From the NCBI RefSeq assembly GCF_009914755.1, contig NC_060928.1: a DNA stretch of 64,000 bases; one strand, given 5' to 3'. How positions within the stretch are numbered: the stretch's first letter is position 1; each line of letters starts with the position of its first letter. The notes under the pieces were generated by a model. It was given only the letters and a program-made list of their open reading frames with translations. It did not search any database and was not told the DNA's origin. Both the position numbers and the translations under genes were made by a program. Below are positions 1-12,899 of this stretch, one piece after another. Source of the stretch: the human T2T-CHM13v2.0 reference genome, Homo sapiens.

Positions 1-96
1 TGTGCACAACGTGCAGGTTTGTTACGTATGTATACATGTGCCATGTTGGTGTGCTGCACCCATTAACTTGTCATTTAACATTAGGTATATCTCCTC
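1..96 (-). mobile_element. Young L1PA 3' UTR fragment (continues off the left edge)
   Basis: TGTGCACAACGTGCAGGTTTGTTAC...CATTAGGTATATCTCCT is the antisense L1PA 3' end. It is nearly identical to 23991-24085. Confidence 0.9.
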
Positions 97-99
97 ATG

Positions 100-385
100 C
101 TGCACCAATTTAAATTCCCACCAACAGCATGCTATAGTTTCCTTTTCTCCACACCTTCAACAATATTTGTTATCTCTTACCTTTTTGATAATAGCCATCC
201 TAACATGTGTGAGGTAATGCTTCACAGTGGTTATTTGTATTTGCCTGATGATTACTGATGTAGAGCACTTTATTATATATTTGTTGGCCATTTTTATGTC
301 TTCTTCAGAGAAATGTGTATTCAGGTCCTTTGTCCATTTTTTAATTGGATTTTTAAAATTTTTCTGCTGTTGAATTTTAAGAGAC
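100..385 (-). mobile_element. Older L1M ORF2 3'-region fragment
   Basis: Minus-strand ORF 157-387 (KNPIKKWTKDLNTHFSEEDIKMANK...) is L1 ORF2 C-terminal-like. Confidence 0.85.
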
Positions 386-389
386 ACTC

Positions 390-1525
390 CAATTCAGGAG
401 ATTGGGGGTGGAGTGGATCATAGAGGGGTGGTGTGGTGGGACACTGGGTTGGCTCAGGTGTCTACCTCACTGGGCCTAGGTTCAAGTAGTCAGGGGACAG
501 GGTAGACATTAGAATGGGGAGATGAGCCTCTGAGGCACCTTGTTCCCAGAGTAGGGAGCTATAGCTTGGCTAGGGAATGTTGCAGTATCATGTGTGAGAG
601 CATGGTGCAATGATGGCAAAACCTCCGGGATGAAGGAATGCAGTGGCTACTGGCCATTAGAACATAATGCACTCTAGCAGTGGCTCTGGGTTCAGAACGT
701 GATAGTGCAGTGGCAGCTTGGGTCATGGGGTTCAGGGCACAATGTGGGCTCCTTCTCTAGAGTAGTACAGCCATGTGAATCCCAGGCAATTCCCTAAGCT
801 GTGCTCAGGAACTGTAAAGACTGCAGGATCCTCCAGTAGCAAAAATTGCAGGTATCCGTGGTGGTTGATATGGTTTGACTGTGTGTCCCCACCCAAATCT
901 CATCTCAGGTGGTGATCCTACATGTTGAGGGATAGACCTGGTGGGAGGTGACTGGATCATGGGGTGGTTTTTCCCATTATGTTTTGTTGATAGTGAGGGA
1001 GTTCTCACGAGAGCTGATGGTTTTAAAAGTGTTTGGCAATCCCCTTTTCATTATTTTTCTCTCTCCTCTCGCCATGTAAGACGTGCCTTGCTTCCCCTTC
1101 ACCTTCTGCTATGATTGTAAGTTTCCTGAGGCCTCTCCAGCCATGTGTAACTGTGACTCAATAAAAACTCTTTTCTTTATAAATTACCCAGTCTTAGGTA
1201 GTATCTCCATAGCAGTGTTAAAATGGACTAATACAGTGGTGATGAGGGCCACTGAGGGTCTCTTACTTGCCTTTCTCTATCTGGAGAAGCCCCTTGTGAT
1301 CCAGACTTGGGGATGGGATGGCAGAGGCAATGTGTTTTCTTCTCTTCTTATGTGACCATCCTGAGTTTCTGTGCTCCACAGGGTTTACCTCACTCCTTTG
1401 CTGCACTCTGGCACTCCTCTTTAGTTACTCAGGTCAAAATGCAGCTGCTTATTCATTAGTTTGGTTCCTGATTGTTGGAGAGTGATAAGTGTTAGGCACA
1501 CCTCTAGTCAGCCATCTTGCTGATT
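390..1525 (-). mobile_element. Probable old L1M 5' UTR segment, interrupted by a MaLR LTR
   Basis: GC-richer sequence ending in CTCTAGTCAGCCATCTTG, the antisense of the CAAGATGGC motif at L1 5' termini. Confidence 0.5.
866..1235 (+). mobile_element. MaLR solo LTR (THE1D/MSTA-like)
   Basis: TGATATGGTTTG...CCCCACCCAAATCTCATC...GACTAATACA termini. Perfect 5-bp TSD GTGGT at 861-865 and 1236-1240. Confidence 0.92.
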
Positions 1526-1534
1526 TCTGTCTCA

Positions 1535-4150
1535 GAATTTTCTTGTGCCCTTTGTAAATCTTCTTTCATCCCTCCTGCTGTGGCTCCACACAGCCACTGC
1601 TTAGTTTTCTGTCACTAAACACTAATTAGCATTTCTTAGAACTTTATATAAATGGAAACATATGTAGTTTTTGTTGTCTGGCACTTTTCACTTAACATAA
1701 TTATTTTGATGTTCTTATGTACTGCAGTGTGTATCAGTAGGCTATTTATTCTAATTGTGGAGTAGTATTCTATTGTATAGATAACACACACTGTATCCAT
1801 TGACCTGCTAATGGATATTTGGATTGTTTACAGTTTGAGGTTACTGAAAATAAGGCTTCTATGAACATGAGTGTAAATAGGGACGTAGGTATTTATTTCT
1901 CTTGAGTAAATACTTAGGACTGAAATGATATGGTCAGGACAGGTTTAAATATTTAGGAGACTTCCAAACTGTTTTCAAACAGGTTGTAGTATTTCACATT
2001 TCTACCAGGAGCATATGAGATTTCCTACCCAAAACTTGGTACAGTCAGACTTTTTAGTTTTAGCCTTTTAGATTTGTGTGTAGTCATTTTTCTTTGTGGT
2101 TTTAATTTGCATTTCCCTATTGTTGAGCATCTTTTTCTGAGCTTATTTGCTATCTGTATATCTTCTTTAATGAAGTGTCTTTTCATATCTTTTTCCTATT
2201 TGAAAAATATGTGTTAATTGAGATTTTAGAACTCTCTCTATATTTTGGATACATGTCAATTATTAGATATATGCTGTGAAAGATTTTCTTCCAGACTCTG
2301 GCTAATCATTTTATTCTCTGAATGGTGTCTTGAAATTAAGTAGCACTAGTCCTTCAAATCTATGATTTTTTTTCAAAGACATCTAGCTACTTTATGTCCT
2401 TTAAATTTTTTTTAAATTTTAGAATCAATTGATCAATGTCTCTCAAAAATCCTGCTAGGATTTTGATTGAAATACATGTAATTATAGATGAATTTGAGAA
2501 AAATTTTTATCTTGGCAATATTTAGTCTTAGTGTCCATGAACATAATATATCTGTTTAGGTCTTTATATACGCAATATTTTTTAGTTTTCTTTCATATTT
2601 CTGTCAGATTTCTATGTATTTTGTATTTTTGATTTTATTGTTAGTGATATTATTTTATTTCAAATCTATTTTTTCATTGCTAATGTATTGAATACAATGG
2701 AGTTTTGAATATTGATCTTGTACAAACTCGTTAAATAACTTATTAGTTCTAGTAATTTCAGATTTTCTAACACAATCATGTCATTTGCAAATAAATACAG
2801 TTTTATTTCTTTCTTTCTGAACTAGATTATTTTTATGTTTTATTCTTGCCTTATTTCATAGGCTAGAGTCTTCAGTACAATGTTGAGCAGCAGTGGAAAC
2901 AGCAGACATCCCTGTTTTTTTCTTTAATCTTCAGGTGAAGCATTTAGTCTTTCACTATTAAGTATGCTGTTAGCTCTGTGTATGTATGTGTGTGTGTGTG
3001 TGTTTAATATATATTTAGATATCCTTTATCAGGTTGTAAATTTCCTTTCTGTTTCTATTTTGTTGAAAGTTTTTATCAGGAATGAATATTGGAAAAAAAG
3101 GCAAGTACATTTTCTTCACTTTTCTCTCCCTCCCCTCCGTGCCTCTTTCCCAGCTAAAAGTTTATCAATTTGATTAATCCTCTCTGAGAGGCAACCAAAT
3201 GAAGCCAAAAGTTACATTTACTTTCTTTACTTGTATGCTATTTTATTTAGTTCCATTCTCATCTATGCTATTTCTCACATTAGGTTTCATTTGCTCTTTT
3301 TGTTTACAGGTTCTTCAGCTGAAAGCTGGATGGCTTTTTTTTTTTTGAGACCTTATTTTTTATTTATCTCTAATATAGGTGTTTAGTGCTCCAACTTTCT
3401 CCCTAAGTATTGCTTTCACAGCATCCAACAAATTGTATATGCTGTATATTATTTTAATTTGGTATAAAATACTTTTTATGTTCTACTTTTATTTTTATTT
3501 GACCCTTGAATTATTTTATAATGTTATTTTTTCCCAGCAGTTGGAGATTATTCAGGGATTTTTCTATCACTAATCTTTATTTTAATTTTATTTGGTCAGA
3601 GAACCTACTTTGTATGACTTGAATTCTTTTAAATGTAGTAAGATTTGTTTTTTGGTCCTGAATATGATCTCTCAGTAAATGGTCTCTGTGAACTTTAGAG
3701 GAATGTATTGAACTGTTTTTGGATGGAGTGGTCTATAAATTTCTGGTAGGTGTTGTTCTAGTCTTCTACATTCTTATAGAATTTATGTCTACTTGTTCAA
3801 CCAGCATTGTGAGGTAGTTTTGGAAGCTCTGACTATAATGGGGCATTTTCATTCTATCAGTTTTGCTTAATGTATTTTGAAGCTCTGTTATTAGCTGCAA
3901 AGCACATTTAAGATTTTTCTGTTCCTTTGAACTAACAACCCCCTTTTTCAATATGGAATAAATTTCTTTATACCTGGTAATATTCCTTGAATGTATTTTG
4001 GCTATTATTAATATAACCTCCTCTTTTTATGTAGTTAATGTTTGTATTATATATCACCTTTCATTATTTTATTTTTAATCTATGACTTTATATTTGCATT
4101 TCTCTATAGGCAATATATAGTTAGGTCTTTCGGCTTGATCAGATTTGACA
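1535..4150 (-). mobile_element. Ancient L1 (L1MC/MD/ME-type), 3' UTR into ORF2, degraded
   Basis: T-rich antisense L1 motifs such as TTTTATATAAATGGAAACAT, GTTTTAATTTGCATTTCCCT and CAGTACAATGTTGAGCAGCAGTGG. Confidence 0.75.
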
Positions 4151-4219
4151 AATGAGACATTGTGCCTTCAAGATGGGCTGTCTCATTCACCCAATATCCA
4201 TCTTAGTATATTTATTAAT

Positions 4220-4790
4220 TTTAATGTGTGCATGGTATTCTGTTATATTATCAACTGGCCAAGTAGTTTCTAAGCAACAAGCAACTGCCAGGCTACATTT
4301 CCACATTTTCATGGATTTGACCAATAAAGAATAAGCCCAAGTGGATTTAGACAGTTTATTACCCATGACAAAGCAAACAATATGATCTTCATGTTCACAT
4401 TTCTACCCCTGCTTACCCTCCGCAAGTCTCATGGGGACAATATAGAAGAGTGCAGGTGAATACTATGCACATAGGATTATTTATCACTGAGAAGGAACAA
4501 GTGTAATCTTATAAGGAGACTGATAACAAACCTTCCCAACCTTTGCTACACAGGGGAATTTCTCCTTTATTACCCCGATCAGGAAACAAATCTGTCCTCT
4601 CTCCTAGAGGTAGACACTACCTTTGTTATTCCGAAGTGCTTCTAGGGAGGAGAGAGAGACTTTAGCCTTAGTACCATGGAAAGTAAGCAGATCTGTTCCT
4701 TGACCTGGAGAAGCTTTGACAAAGCTGTCAATGCCCTTTCTTCAGAGGTTGTGTAGAAATGTCAGACTTACAGGGAATTTTCTCCCAACA
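4220..4790 (-). mobile_element. Old ERVL-class LTR (MER73/MER74/MER54-like)
   Basis: TG...CA-bounded ~570-bp segment. It shares motifs in reverse orientation with the LTR at 53345-53748 (CTGTCCTCTCTCCTAGAGG vs CCTCTAGGACAGAGAG). Confidence 0.45.
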
Positions 4791-5719
4791 TATTTAGAAG
4801 TATCGGTTACTTCTTTCAGAAAAAATGAAGCTACTCAGTATTTTAAGGAAAAGTTTAGTAGAAGAAAATAGAAGCGTATGCAGTGGCTGGAGGAGTAGGG
4901 CTAGCAAATGTTAGGCCCATTATTTGCTATCAGGTTATCTGGACGTGCAGACAGAGCCAGGTAAGCTGATGCTGCAGATCTGTACTGCTGGTGGCATAAA
5001 AGTGTTTAATTATCAGGAGGATGCCTGAAAGCTATTGGGAAAACTCCAGGTCTTCAGCCTGCTGTCTGCCAATGCCCTTGTGCCTGTCCTCAGCCCTGCC
5101 AGAGAATAATGGCTTTTCTTACTCTTCCACATCCCAAATCTCATTCAAGTGATATTTATTGGCACAATCTAGTGGCATTCTGGAATTTGGGTAGGATACC
5201 TCTCAAGCTCTTCCCTTGTATTTTAGGAAAGTATATAGATGAAGGAGAGTGATGTTGAAATTGAAAACAATCTGTGGAAGCCTTTATTAATGTAATTCTA
5301 ACATCTTTTCTCTTACCAACAATACTTTAGTAAATAACCTTGTACATCTCCCTTTTGGCACATGTGGGAGGATTTCCACTGGATAGATGCCTAGAAACGT
5401 AATGGCTCACAGTGCGTGCCTATCATACATTTTGATAGATGATACCAAATTACTCTCCAAAAGCAGTTGCTTTCCAGGGAGTAACTGTAGGAGAAGGGAG
5501 GAGAAAAACCCTGTTTGTAGATGATTTAGAAGCACAAGTTAGTACTCAAGTCTCCTTCATGGACACTGACTCAGTGCCTTTGGGTGGTGACTCTGTGAGG
5601 CAATGGGAGGGAAGAAGAAAGTGCAATGACCCCACGATACCTTATTATAAGACCTAACATCTAGCATCAATCTTTGAACCATCGAGAAAGAAAGAAGAAA
5701 TACAGGATTGAATGTCTTG

Positions 5720-5910
5720 TCTCAGGTCTTATGCCAGCAGCTTGTACATGGATTTTCCAATTTAATTGTCAATGTAAGTCTATGAAATATATTATTCTCC
5801 CCATCTTTCCTGGTGAACTATTGAGGGGTAGATGCCAAGTAGCTTGTTAGAGATCATGCATTTAACAAATGGTAGGGATAAGATTCAAAACCAGCTGGGA
5901 AAAATTACAA
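5720..5910 (-). mobile_element. MIR fragment
   Basis: ATTATTCTCCCCATCTTT...GAGATCATGCATTTAACAAATGGTAGGGATAAGATTCAAAACCAG is MIR core-like. Confidence 0.6.
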
Positions 5911-6044
5911 AATCCGTATTTTTTTTCTATATCTCACAGAAATCTTCCCTTCTTGGTAAACATCCTTGAGCCTCCTATTATTCTTTTATGGCTAGTTTAC
6001 TGTCTTCAAGGCTGCCCATGTGTACCGGAGAGAATACAGACTCT

Positions 6045-6245
6045 GGAGATGTAAAGACTTGAATTTGAATTAAAGGTTGAGTCCCATGTTCACCATTTAT
6101 TATCTGTGGTACTTTTGAGCAATTCAATTCAGCTCTTTAAATTTAGTCTCAACATCTATAAAACTGCTATAATGAAACATGCTTGGCAAGTTTGTTGTGA
6201 GCATTAGAGATAATATATGCAATGTGCTTAGCATATTGTTACAGC
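6045..6245 (+). mobile_element. MIR fragment
   Basis: AGTCTCAACATCTATAAAA...GTTTGTTGTGAGCATTAGAGATAATATATGCAATGTGCTTAGCA. Confidence 0.65.
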
Positions 6246-6272
6246 ATTAATTATGTATACTTATGTATACAT

Positions 6273-6994
6273 TGCAGGCGAGCTGCCCGCTTCCGGGATC
6301 CACTAGGCAAAGCCAGCTGGGCTCCTGAGTCAGGTGGGGTCTTGGAGAACTTTTATGTCTAGCTAAAGGTTTGTAAATGCACCAATCAGCACTTCGTGTC
6401 TAGCTCAAGGTTTGTAAATGCGCCAATCAGTGCTGTGTGTCTAGCTCATCTAGTGGGGACTTGGAGAACTTTTATGTCTAGCTGGAGGATTGTAAATGCA
6501 CCAATCAGCACTGTGTGTCCAGCTCAAGGTTTGTAAACACACCAATCAGCACCCTGTCAAAATGGGCCAATCAGCTCTCTGTAAAGTGGGCCAATCAGCT
6601 CTCTGTAAAATGGACCAATCAGCAGGATGTGGATGGGGTCAGATAAGGGAATAAAAGCAGGCTGCCCCAGCCAGCAGCGGCAACTGAGTGAGCTCCGCTT
6701 CCACGCTGTGGGAGGTTTGTTCTTTGGCTGTTGGCAGTAAATGTTGCTGCTGCTGACTCTTTGGGTTTGAGCCGCCTTTATGAGCTGTAATGTTCACCAT
6801 GATGGTCTGCAGCTTCTCTCTTGAAGCCAGCTAGACCACGAACCCCCCAGAAGGAAGAAACTCCCGATACGTTGGAACATTAGAAGTAACAAACTCCGGA
6901 CATAGCATCTTTAAGAACGGTAACAGTCACCACGAGGGTCTGCAGCTTCATTCTTGAAGTCAGCCAGACCAAGAAACCACCAATTGTGGACACA
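6273..6994 (+). mobile_element. LTR12 (ERV9) solo LTR, 5'-truncated
   Basis: Tandem units GTCTAGCT..AGGTTTGTAAATGCACCAATCAGCA, then CAGCAGGATGTGGATGGGGTCAGATAAGGGAATAAAAGCAGGCTG, ending ACCAATTGTGGACACA. Confidence 0.95.
6380..6660 (+). promoter_or_regulatory. LTR12 U3 enhancer/promoter: seven CCAAT (NF-Y) boxes, a GATA site and a TATA-like AATAAA
   Basis: CCAATCAG at 6382, 6423, 6501, 6542, 6567, 6591 and 6615; AGATAA at 6641; AATAAAA at 6650. Activity cannot be shown from sequence. Confidence 0.55.
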
Positions 6995-7914
6995 TCAGGA
7001 TTGGCACATGTTGAATGCTGTGAGACTAGATGCCAAAGTATGCATGTGTTGTGAATTATGTTTACAAGATGTTATAAATATGGGCCGATAAAGTTGATAT
7101 TTATAATTCCTTAAAGTCACATATTAAATCTGATATATTTTATTTCTTCACAAGTCAAAATAAACTTAGAAAGTTTTGAGAAACAAAAATATAGACTAGA
7201 ATATTATATGCATGTAAGACTGTACAAATCCAGTCTAAAATGTAATTAATGTATCATTGTTTCCTCCTTGGGAAAATTATCCAGTAGTACTCCAACATTA
7301 TGTCTTTTTCTGTCTAGTCCTAATGCAGAGGAGACAGGAAATCAGAAACAGCTTAAAACCCTTGGTGATGTACTAGTGACAGTTGAATTAGAATAAAATA
7401 TGTGTCTTTTGACTGCTTGCTAAAAATGTAAATGATTTTTTATAATTTTTTTTGACTTCTTAGTGCCAGTGTGTTTACATTGACCAAATATTTTGGTGAA
7501 AGTTTTGTATATTTTTTTTCAAAATGTTAGGACAATAAAAATATTTGAGTTCAACAATGTATTCTTAGAAATATATTTCTAGCTTTATAGTGCTTAAGTT
7601 TATTAGAATATGACAATAACATATGCCAAATCAATGCTTAAATTGATACTTTTTATAATTTTCTTGATCTTGAGAAGTCTTAAAAAGAGGTACTATATTT
7701 TTCATTATAATATATAAAGATACCTATTGATTATAATTTCATTTGGCTTAGGAATTTCCCTTTGAAAGAAAGTATCATTTTGGATGAATGTAGAATGTAT
7801 TTAAAAATTTTAAACACCGAAGAGATAAGTTTATACACTTGGACTCTGTTATTAATAAGTTATGGCCATTATCTCTTCCTTGCCTTGGGGAGAGTCCTAG
7901 TTGTTGTTATTATA

Positions 7915-8228
7915 CTGTCATGTGTCACTTAAAGATGCAGATACAGTCTGAAAAATATGTCATTAGGCTGTTTCATCATTGTGCAAACAGAGTGTACTTA
8001 CACAAACCTAGATGATATAGACTACTACACACCTACATTATAACGCAGTTGTAATACAATGGTAATATATTTGTGTACCTAAACATCCCTAGACATAGAA
8101 AAGATAATGCATTGTGCCAAGACATTAATGTTAGCTATGACATCACGAGGCAGCTCGTTTATAATCTTATGGGATCATTGTTGTATATGCGGTCCATTAT
8201 TGACCAAAATGTCATTACATGGTACAGT
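7915..8228 (-). mobile_element. Tigger3 (Golem)-type MITE
   Basis: GAGTGTACTTACACAAACCTAGATG and TTATAATCTTATGGGATCATTGTTGTATATGCGGTCCATTATTGACCAAAATGTC match Tigger3a/b. TA precedes the element. Confidence 0.8.
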
Positions 8229-9042
8229 CCCACACTTGACGTGATATAGAGTTCATATGTCACTTTTTCATTGTTACTGATTTTGATCAACCAAGTTTTA
8301 AATATGTACTGTGAAAAATTTATTTTCACCTTTATTTTGAAGTACTGTGCATCATTTCGTAGCAAATCTATGGCATGGATATGCAGGAAAAAGTGGATAA
8401 AATTATATTTTGACAACTTCCTAAATTATTATGTCTCTCAGAGATAATAATGATCAGTGGTATATATACTGTTCTACTCTGAGATAGCCCAGGGGCATCC
8501 CAAACTATGAGGGTTTCTGTGACACTCATACAGATAAACTAGGTCCATAATGTATAAATATTAATGTTGGCATTCACACTGAGGCTGGGCTTTTGCATTT
8601 CCACACCAAATAGTTATCTTTTAAAAACATAACATTACAGATACATTTTGGCCTGAAGATATTTTCATAAGTTCCCTATTTATATGTTGTTGATGAAATT
8701 AAGGATTCCAGTAAATCATAATAATCATTGCTAGTGGAGGAGAACACAGTAAGATTAATTCCAATTTTGTGGGGAAGAAATATTTTACATATGGTTTTAG
8801 TTATGTATTTAGTTATGGATGACTCTGATGTTCTGAAAATGTATTGCATTTTAACCAAAAGCGTCAGAATATAATACATTAGTTAGTACCTCAGTATTTG
8901 AAAGGCAGTGAAAACCGTTGGCTGTTTTTAGACATTTGTGTATATTTTGATATATATGTCAATATTTAATAGAATAAATCTTATGTGTTAAAATGTTCTC
9001 ATTCCTGAACACACTAAATATAAAAACTTTAAGGAAGGAGCA

Positions 9043-9483
9043 TTTATTAGTTTGCTAAGGCTGCCATACCAAATTATCACAAACTGGGTGGCTTAAACCA
9101 ATAGAAATTTATTGTCTCACAGTTTTAGAGGCTATAAGTCTCATATCAAGATATTGACAGAGCTGGTTCCTTCTGAGGGCTGCCTCTCCCCTAGTTCTTG
9201 TGGTTTTCTGGCAATCTTTGGCTTTCCTTGGCTCATAGAAGCATCACCCTGATTTCCGCCTTAATTTTCACATGGTGTTCTCCCTGTGTTTTGTGTTTAT
9301 CCAAATTTTCCCTTTCTGTAATACCAGTTATGTTCGAATAGGGGCCCATCGTTCTCTGTGTTGACCTTATCTTAACTGATTACATCTGCAATGACTCTTT
9401 TCCCAAATAAGGTCACATTCTGAAGTTTTAGGAGCTAGGACTTCAAAATATAAATTTTGGGGAGACACAATTCAACCCATACA
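9043..9483 (-). mobile_element. MLT1B/C MaLR LTR
   Basis: ATTAGTTTGCTAAGGCTGCCATACCAAATTATCACAAACTGGGTGGCTTAAAC...GGAGACACAATTCAACCCATACA. Confidence 0.85.
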
Positions 9484-9859
9484 GAGGGTAATGGATACTT
9501 ATAACTACCTTCTTAAACATGGATCTTGAAATTCAACTTGCCTTTTCCCTTCCTCTCAACTAAATTTTTTTTCAAAACCTGAATTTGAAAGAAAGACTCC
9601 ACTTAACCGTTTTTAAATTTTAAGGCAGAAATAACACATAAGCATACTGGAGTAAAAGTGTGTATTCTATATCCTGTGTGCACTCCACAACTATATTTAG
9701 TAATGTTGACTCCTCACATTTCCTAAGTTCTTTTAAAACTGTACAAAATATTTATTTTTACATTGCTTTCTGAAAGCTGATATGTTATTTAGGGATCTTA
9801 ATAAATAAGAACAAGACTAGATTAATTCAAAGAAATTTAAGGTATTTAGATTAAGGTTT

Positions 9860-10290
9860 ACACTTTCTGTGGATAAGGAGTTTGAGCAGGGATTAGTTGG
9901 GTCCTCTATTAGGGTCCCACAAGGCTACAGTAGTGGTGTTGGCCAGGCCACGGTGTTATCTGAGGTTCGTCACCCAAACTCATGTGATCATTGACAGAAT
10001 TCATTTCCTGGTATCTGCAGAACTCATGGAGGCTTCAATTTCAAGCTCAAAAGGACCATACCTTTCTGATGCTTTACCTTCTCCTAAAGGGTCCTCTGAT
10101 TGGGGACTGGGTCAGAATAAGTTATTTCTAAAAGATTATTAACTCAAAGACAACCAATTATCAAGCTAAGCACACGATATCCCATTAAATTCACAGTTTC
10201 TGTCCACAGCTCAAAGGGAGGAGAATATACAAGGCATATACACCAGGGAGTGGAATCTTAGAGGCCCTCTTAGAATTCTGCCTCTTATAG
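9860..10290 (-). mobile_element. MLT1E-like MaLR LTR
   Basis: TTGACAGAATTCATTTCCTGG...CAAGGCATATACACCAGGGAGTGGAATCTTAGAGGCCCTCTTAGAATTCTGCCT. Confidence 0.7.
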
Positions 10291-11672
10291 TAACAAATAT
10301 ATACATTATCATTAAGAGGTAGATAACTAATAGATACTATTAATAAAAATGATTCATGCATAATGTAAAATTACACAAATATTAATGTTTCCATTAAACT
10401 CCTAATATGTATAATATTCTGATCTAGAAAATAATATATTCTCACTTCTTATTATGCCTTTCCAATTTATTTCTTCTTATTTTATTTCATTTGATTCCTG
10501 ATTGTCCTGCTTCTGTAGAAAGGTTTCAAATGTGGCCATTCTATGTAGTCTATTGTTTAGAATTTTTAATCTGTTTTATAATAAAGAAAATAGCTTGCTT
10601 TTTAGGCTTATTTCTCTATACATAAATCTTCACCTTATGATTTTGTTGATTTTTTCTCTATGGGATTCTCTCCCCATTTCAGCTCATTTGTTCTGATAGC
10701 ATCATATTAAAATGCAGTTCTTGCATCAAATAGTACCGCCTCCAAGATAGAATCCTGGATTCCTGTAGTTATCTATAATAACTGTATTTTAGTATGTTTA
10801 CTGCAATTGACCATAATAGAAGTGTGATTAATTTTATTCATATTTTTATATATTTATACTTAGACGTTTGTTTCCATTGCATCCCTTACTAGATAATAAA
10901 AATGTTGTGAATAGAAATCAGACATAGTGTGATCATGTCATTTTCTTCAGGCTTAGTAAGAGTTAAATTGTTTCACTTTTCACTGTAGTTGATATTGATT
11001 GGTTTATATATTTGTTTTGTGAGTTAACGCATATAATTAGGCCAAGTTAAAAGGAATCATATGTCAGTTGTATTCATATTTAAATATGCTGTGAAATTTT
11101 CTAGCCTGTCAGAAAAAGATTATACCAGTATTACTATATCAATAATACACAAAAAAGTCTATATAGTTTTCCTTTTGATAGAAAGAAGAAAACTTATTCT
11201 GAAAGAATAAATAAAATGTTCAATCTAAAGATATTATCCCAACCTTCAAACTTCAGTGGGAATACATGACACAACTATTTTAGAAGGAAAACTATAGAGC
11301 ATTGTATCAGTATGTGGTATCTTATATGCCTTATAGCACACAAATGTTACCCAATTGAGATATTCATTAGGCACTAGATACCTGTCTCTAAATCTAGCTA
11401 TCATAGAGATGTTTCGCATGGAGGGACACTCAGAAAACATTTATGAATAAGAGTAGATTCGGCTACTGAATTTAGATAAATGCAACCCAGTTGGATGTGT
11501 ACTTTAGTAATCAGTGGCATATTAGAGTCATTGACCTTAAAATACTGAACTCATGTTTTAAATTATTTTACTCCTTACTTGGGTGACATAGGATTCATAT
11601 TGATTACTGTAATTTGGATTACAGAAGAAAAAGTGCTATTTATTCACATAGAATATCAATTTTAAAATGTGA

Positions 11673-12019
<347 letters not shown>

Positions 12020-12570
12020 TTACAAAAGATCGCAAGGAATCTGCCATTCTGAGTCAAAAATTTTACTGCCCTTCTCGAGTCATGCCCAATCTTCTTGTCT
12101 TAAACATGTGAGAAGAATATTTGTGAACAACTATCAGCTACTACTTCATGGTGATTGCTTAAACGTATTCATACACGTATAAATAGATACATATGATATA
12201 AATATTTTAGCTCTTTTTGCTTTCTAAGGCTGACATCTGACAGTGAGGCCATTGATCTTCAGTTGCTAGAAAAGAAAAATTTTAGGCTAGTCTACCACTT
12301 GAGTGATTTGCTTTTAAAACTATGAGAATACATAGAAGTCAAATCAATAATTAAGCAGTACAACAATAAACTTCATGTTAGTATTATGATGAACATCATA
12401 TTTTTATGTGAAAAGCTACACACATAATAATGAAGGCAAATATTATCAAATTTATTAATATGCATTGAATAGCGCTAGAGTGTACAGAAGGCAGATCGAC
12501 CTTTATCTCATTACATTAATGAGATGAGAAAAATTTGAAACTCAGAAGATTGCCATCAGTTGATATTCTT

Positions 12571-12738
12571 TTTTTGTTGTTGTTTCTTTGAGACCAAGTT
12601 TTGCTCTTGTTGCCCAGGCTGGAGTGCAATAGCGTGATCTTGGCTCACTGCAACCTCCCCTTCCAGGTTCAAGCAATTCTCCTGCCTCAGCCTCCTGAGT
12701 AGCTGGGTTTACAGGCGCCCGCCACCATGCCTGGCTAA

Positions 12739-12770
<32 letters not shown>

Positions 12771-12899
12771 TTTTTTTTTTTGTAGAGATAGAGTTTTACC
12801 ATGTTGATCAGGCTGGTCTCGAATCCTGACCTCAGGTGATCCACTCGCCTCAGCCTCCCAAATTGCTGGAATTACAGGCGTGAGCCACCACGCCCAGCC
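12571..12899 (-). mobile_element. AluSp/Sq with expanded middle A-tract
   Basis: TTTTGCTCTTGTTGCCCAGG and GTTGATCAGGCTGG. TSD CAGTT(G/C)ATATTCTT at 12557-12570 and 12900-12913. Long T run at about 12754-12781. Confidence 0.93.

Noticed and set aside
1-96. Near-identity with 23991-24085 suggesting a segmental duplication
   Set aside because: Both are young L1PA 3' ends and their flanks are unrelated.
6345-6625. Regularly spaced direct repeats suggestive of a CRISPR array
   Set aside because: They are the known tandem U3 repeats of LTR12/ERV9. There are no unique spacers or cas genes, and the context is eukaryotic.
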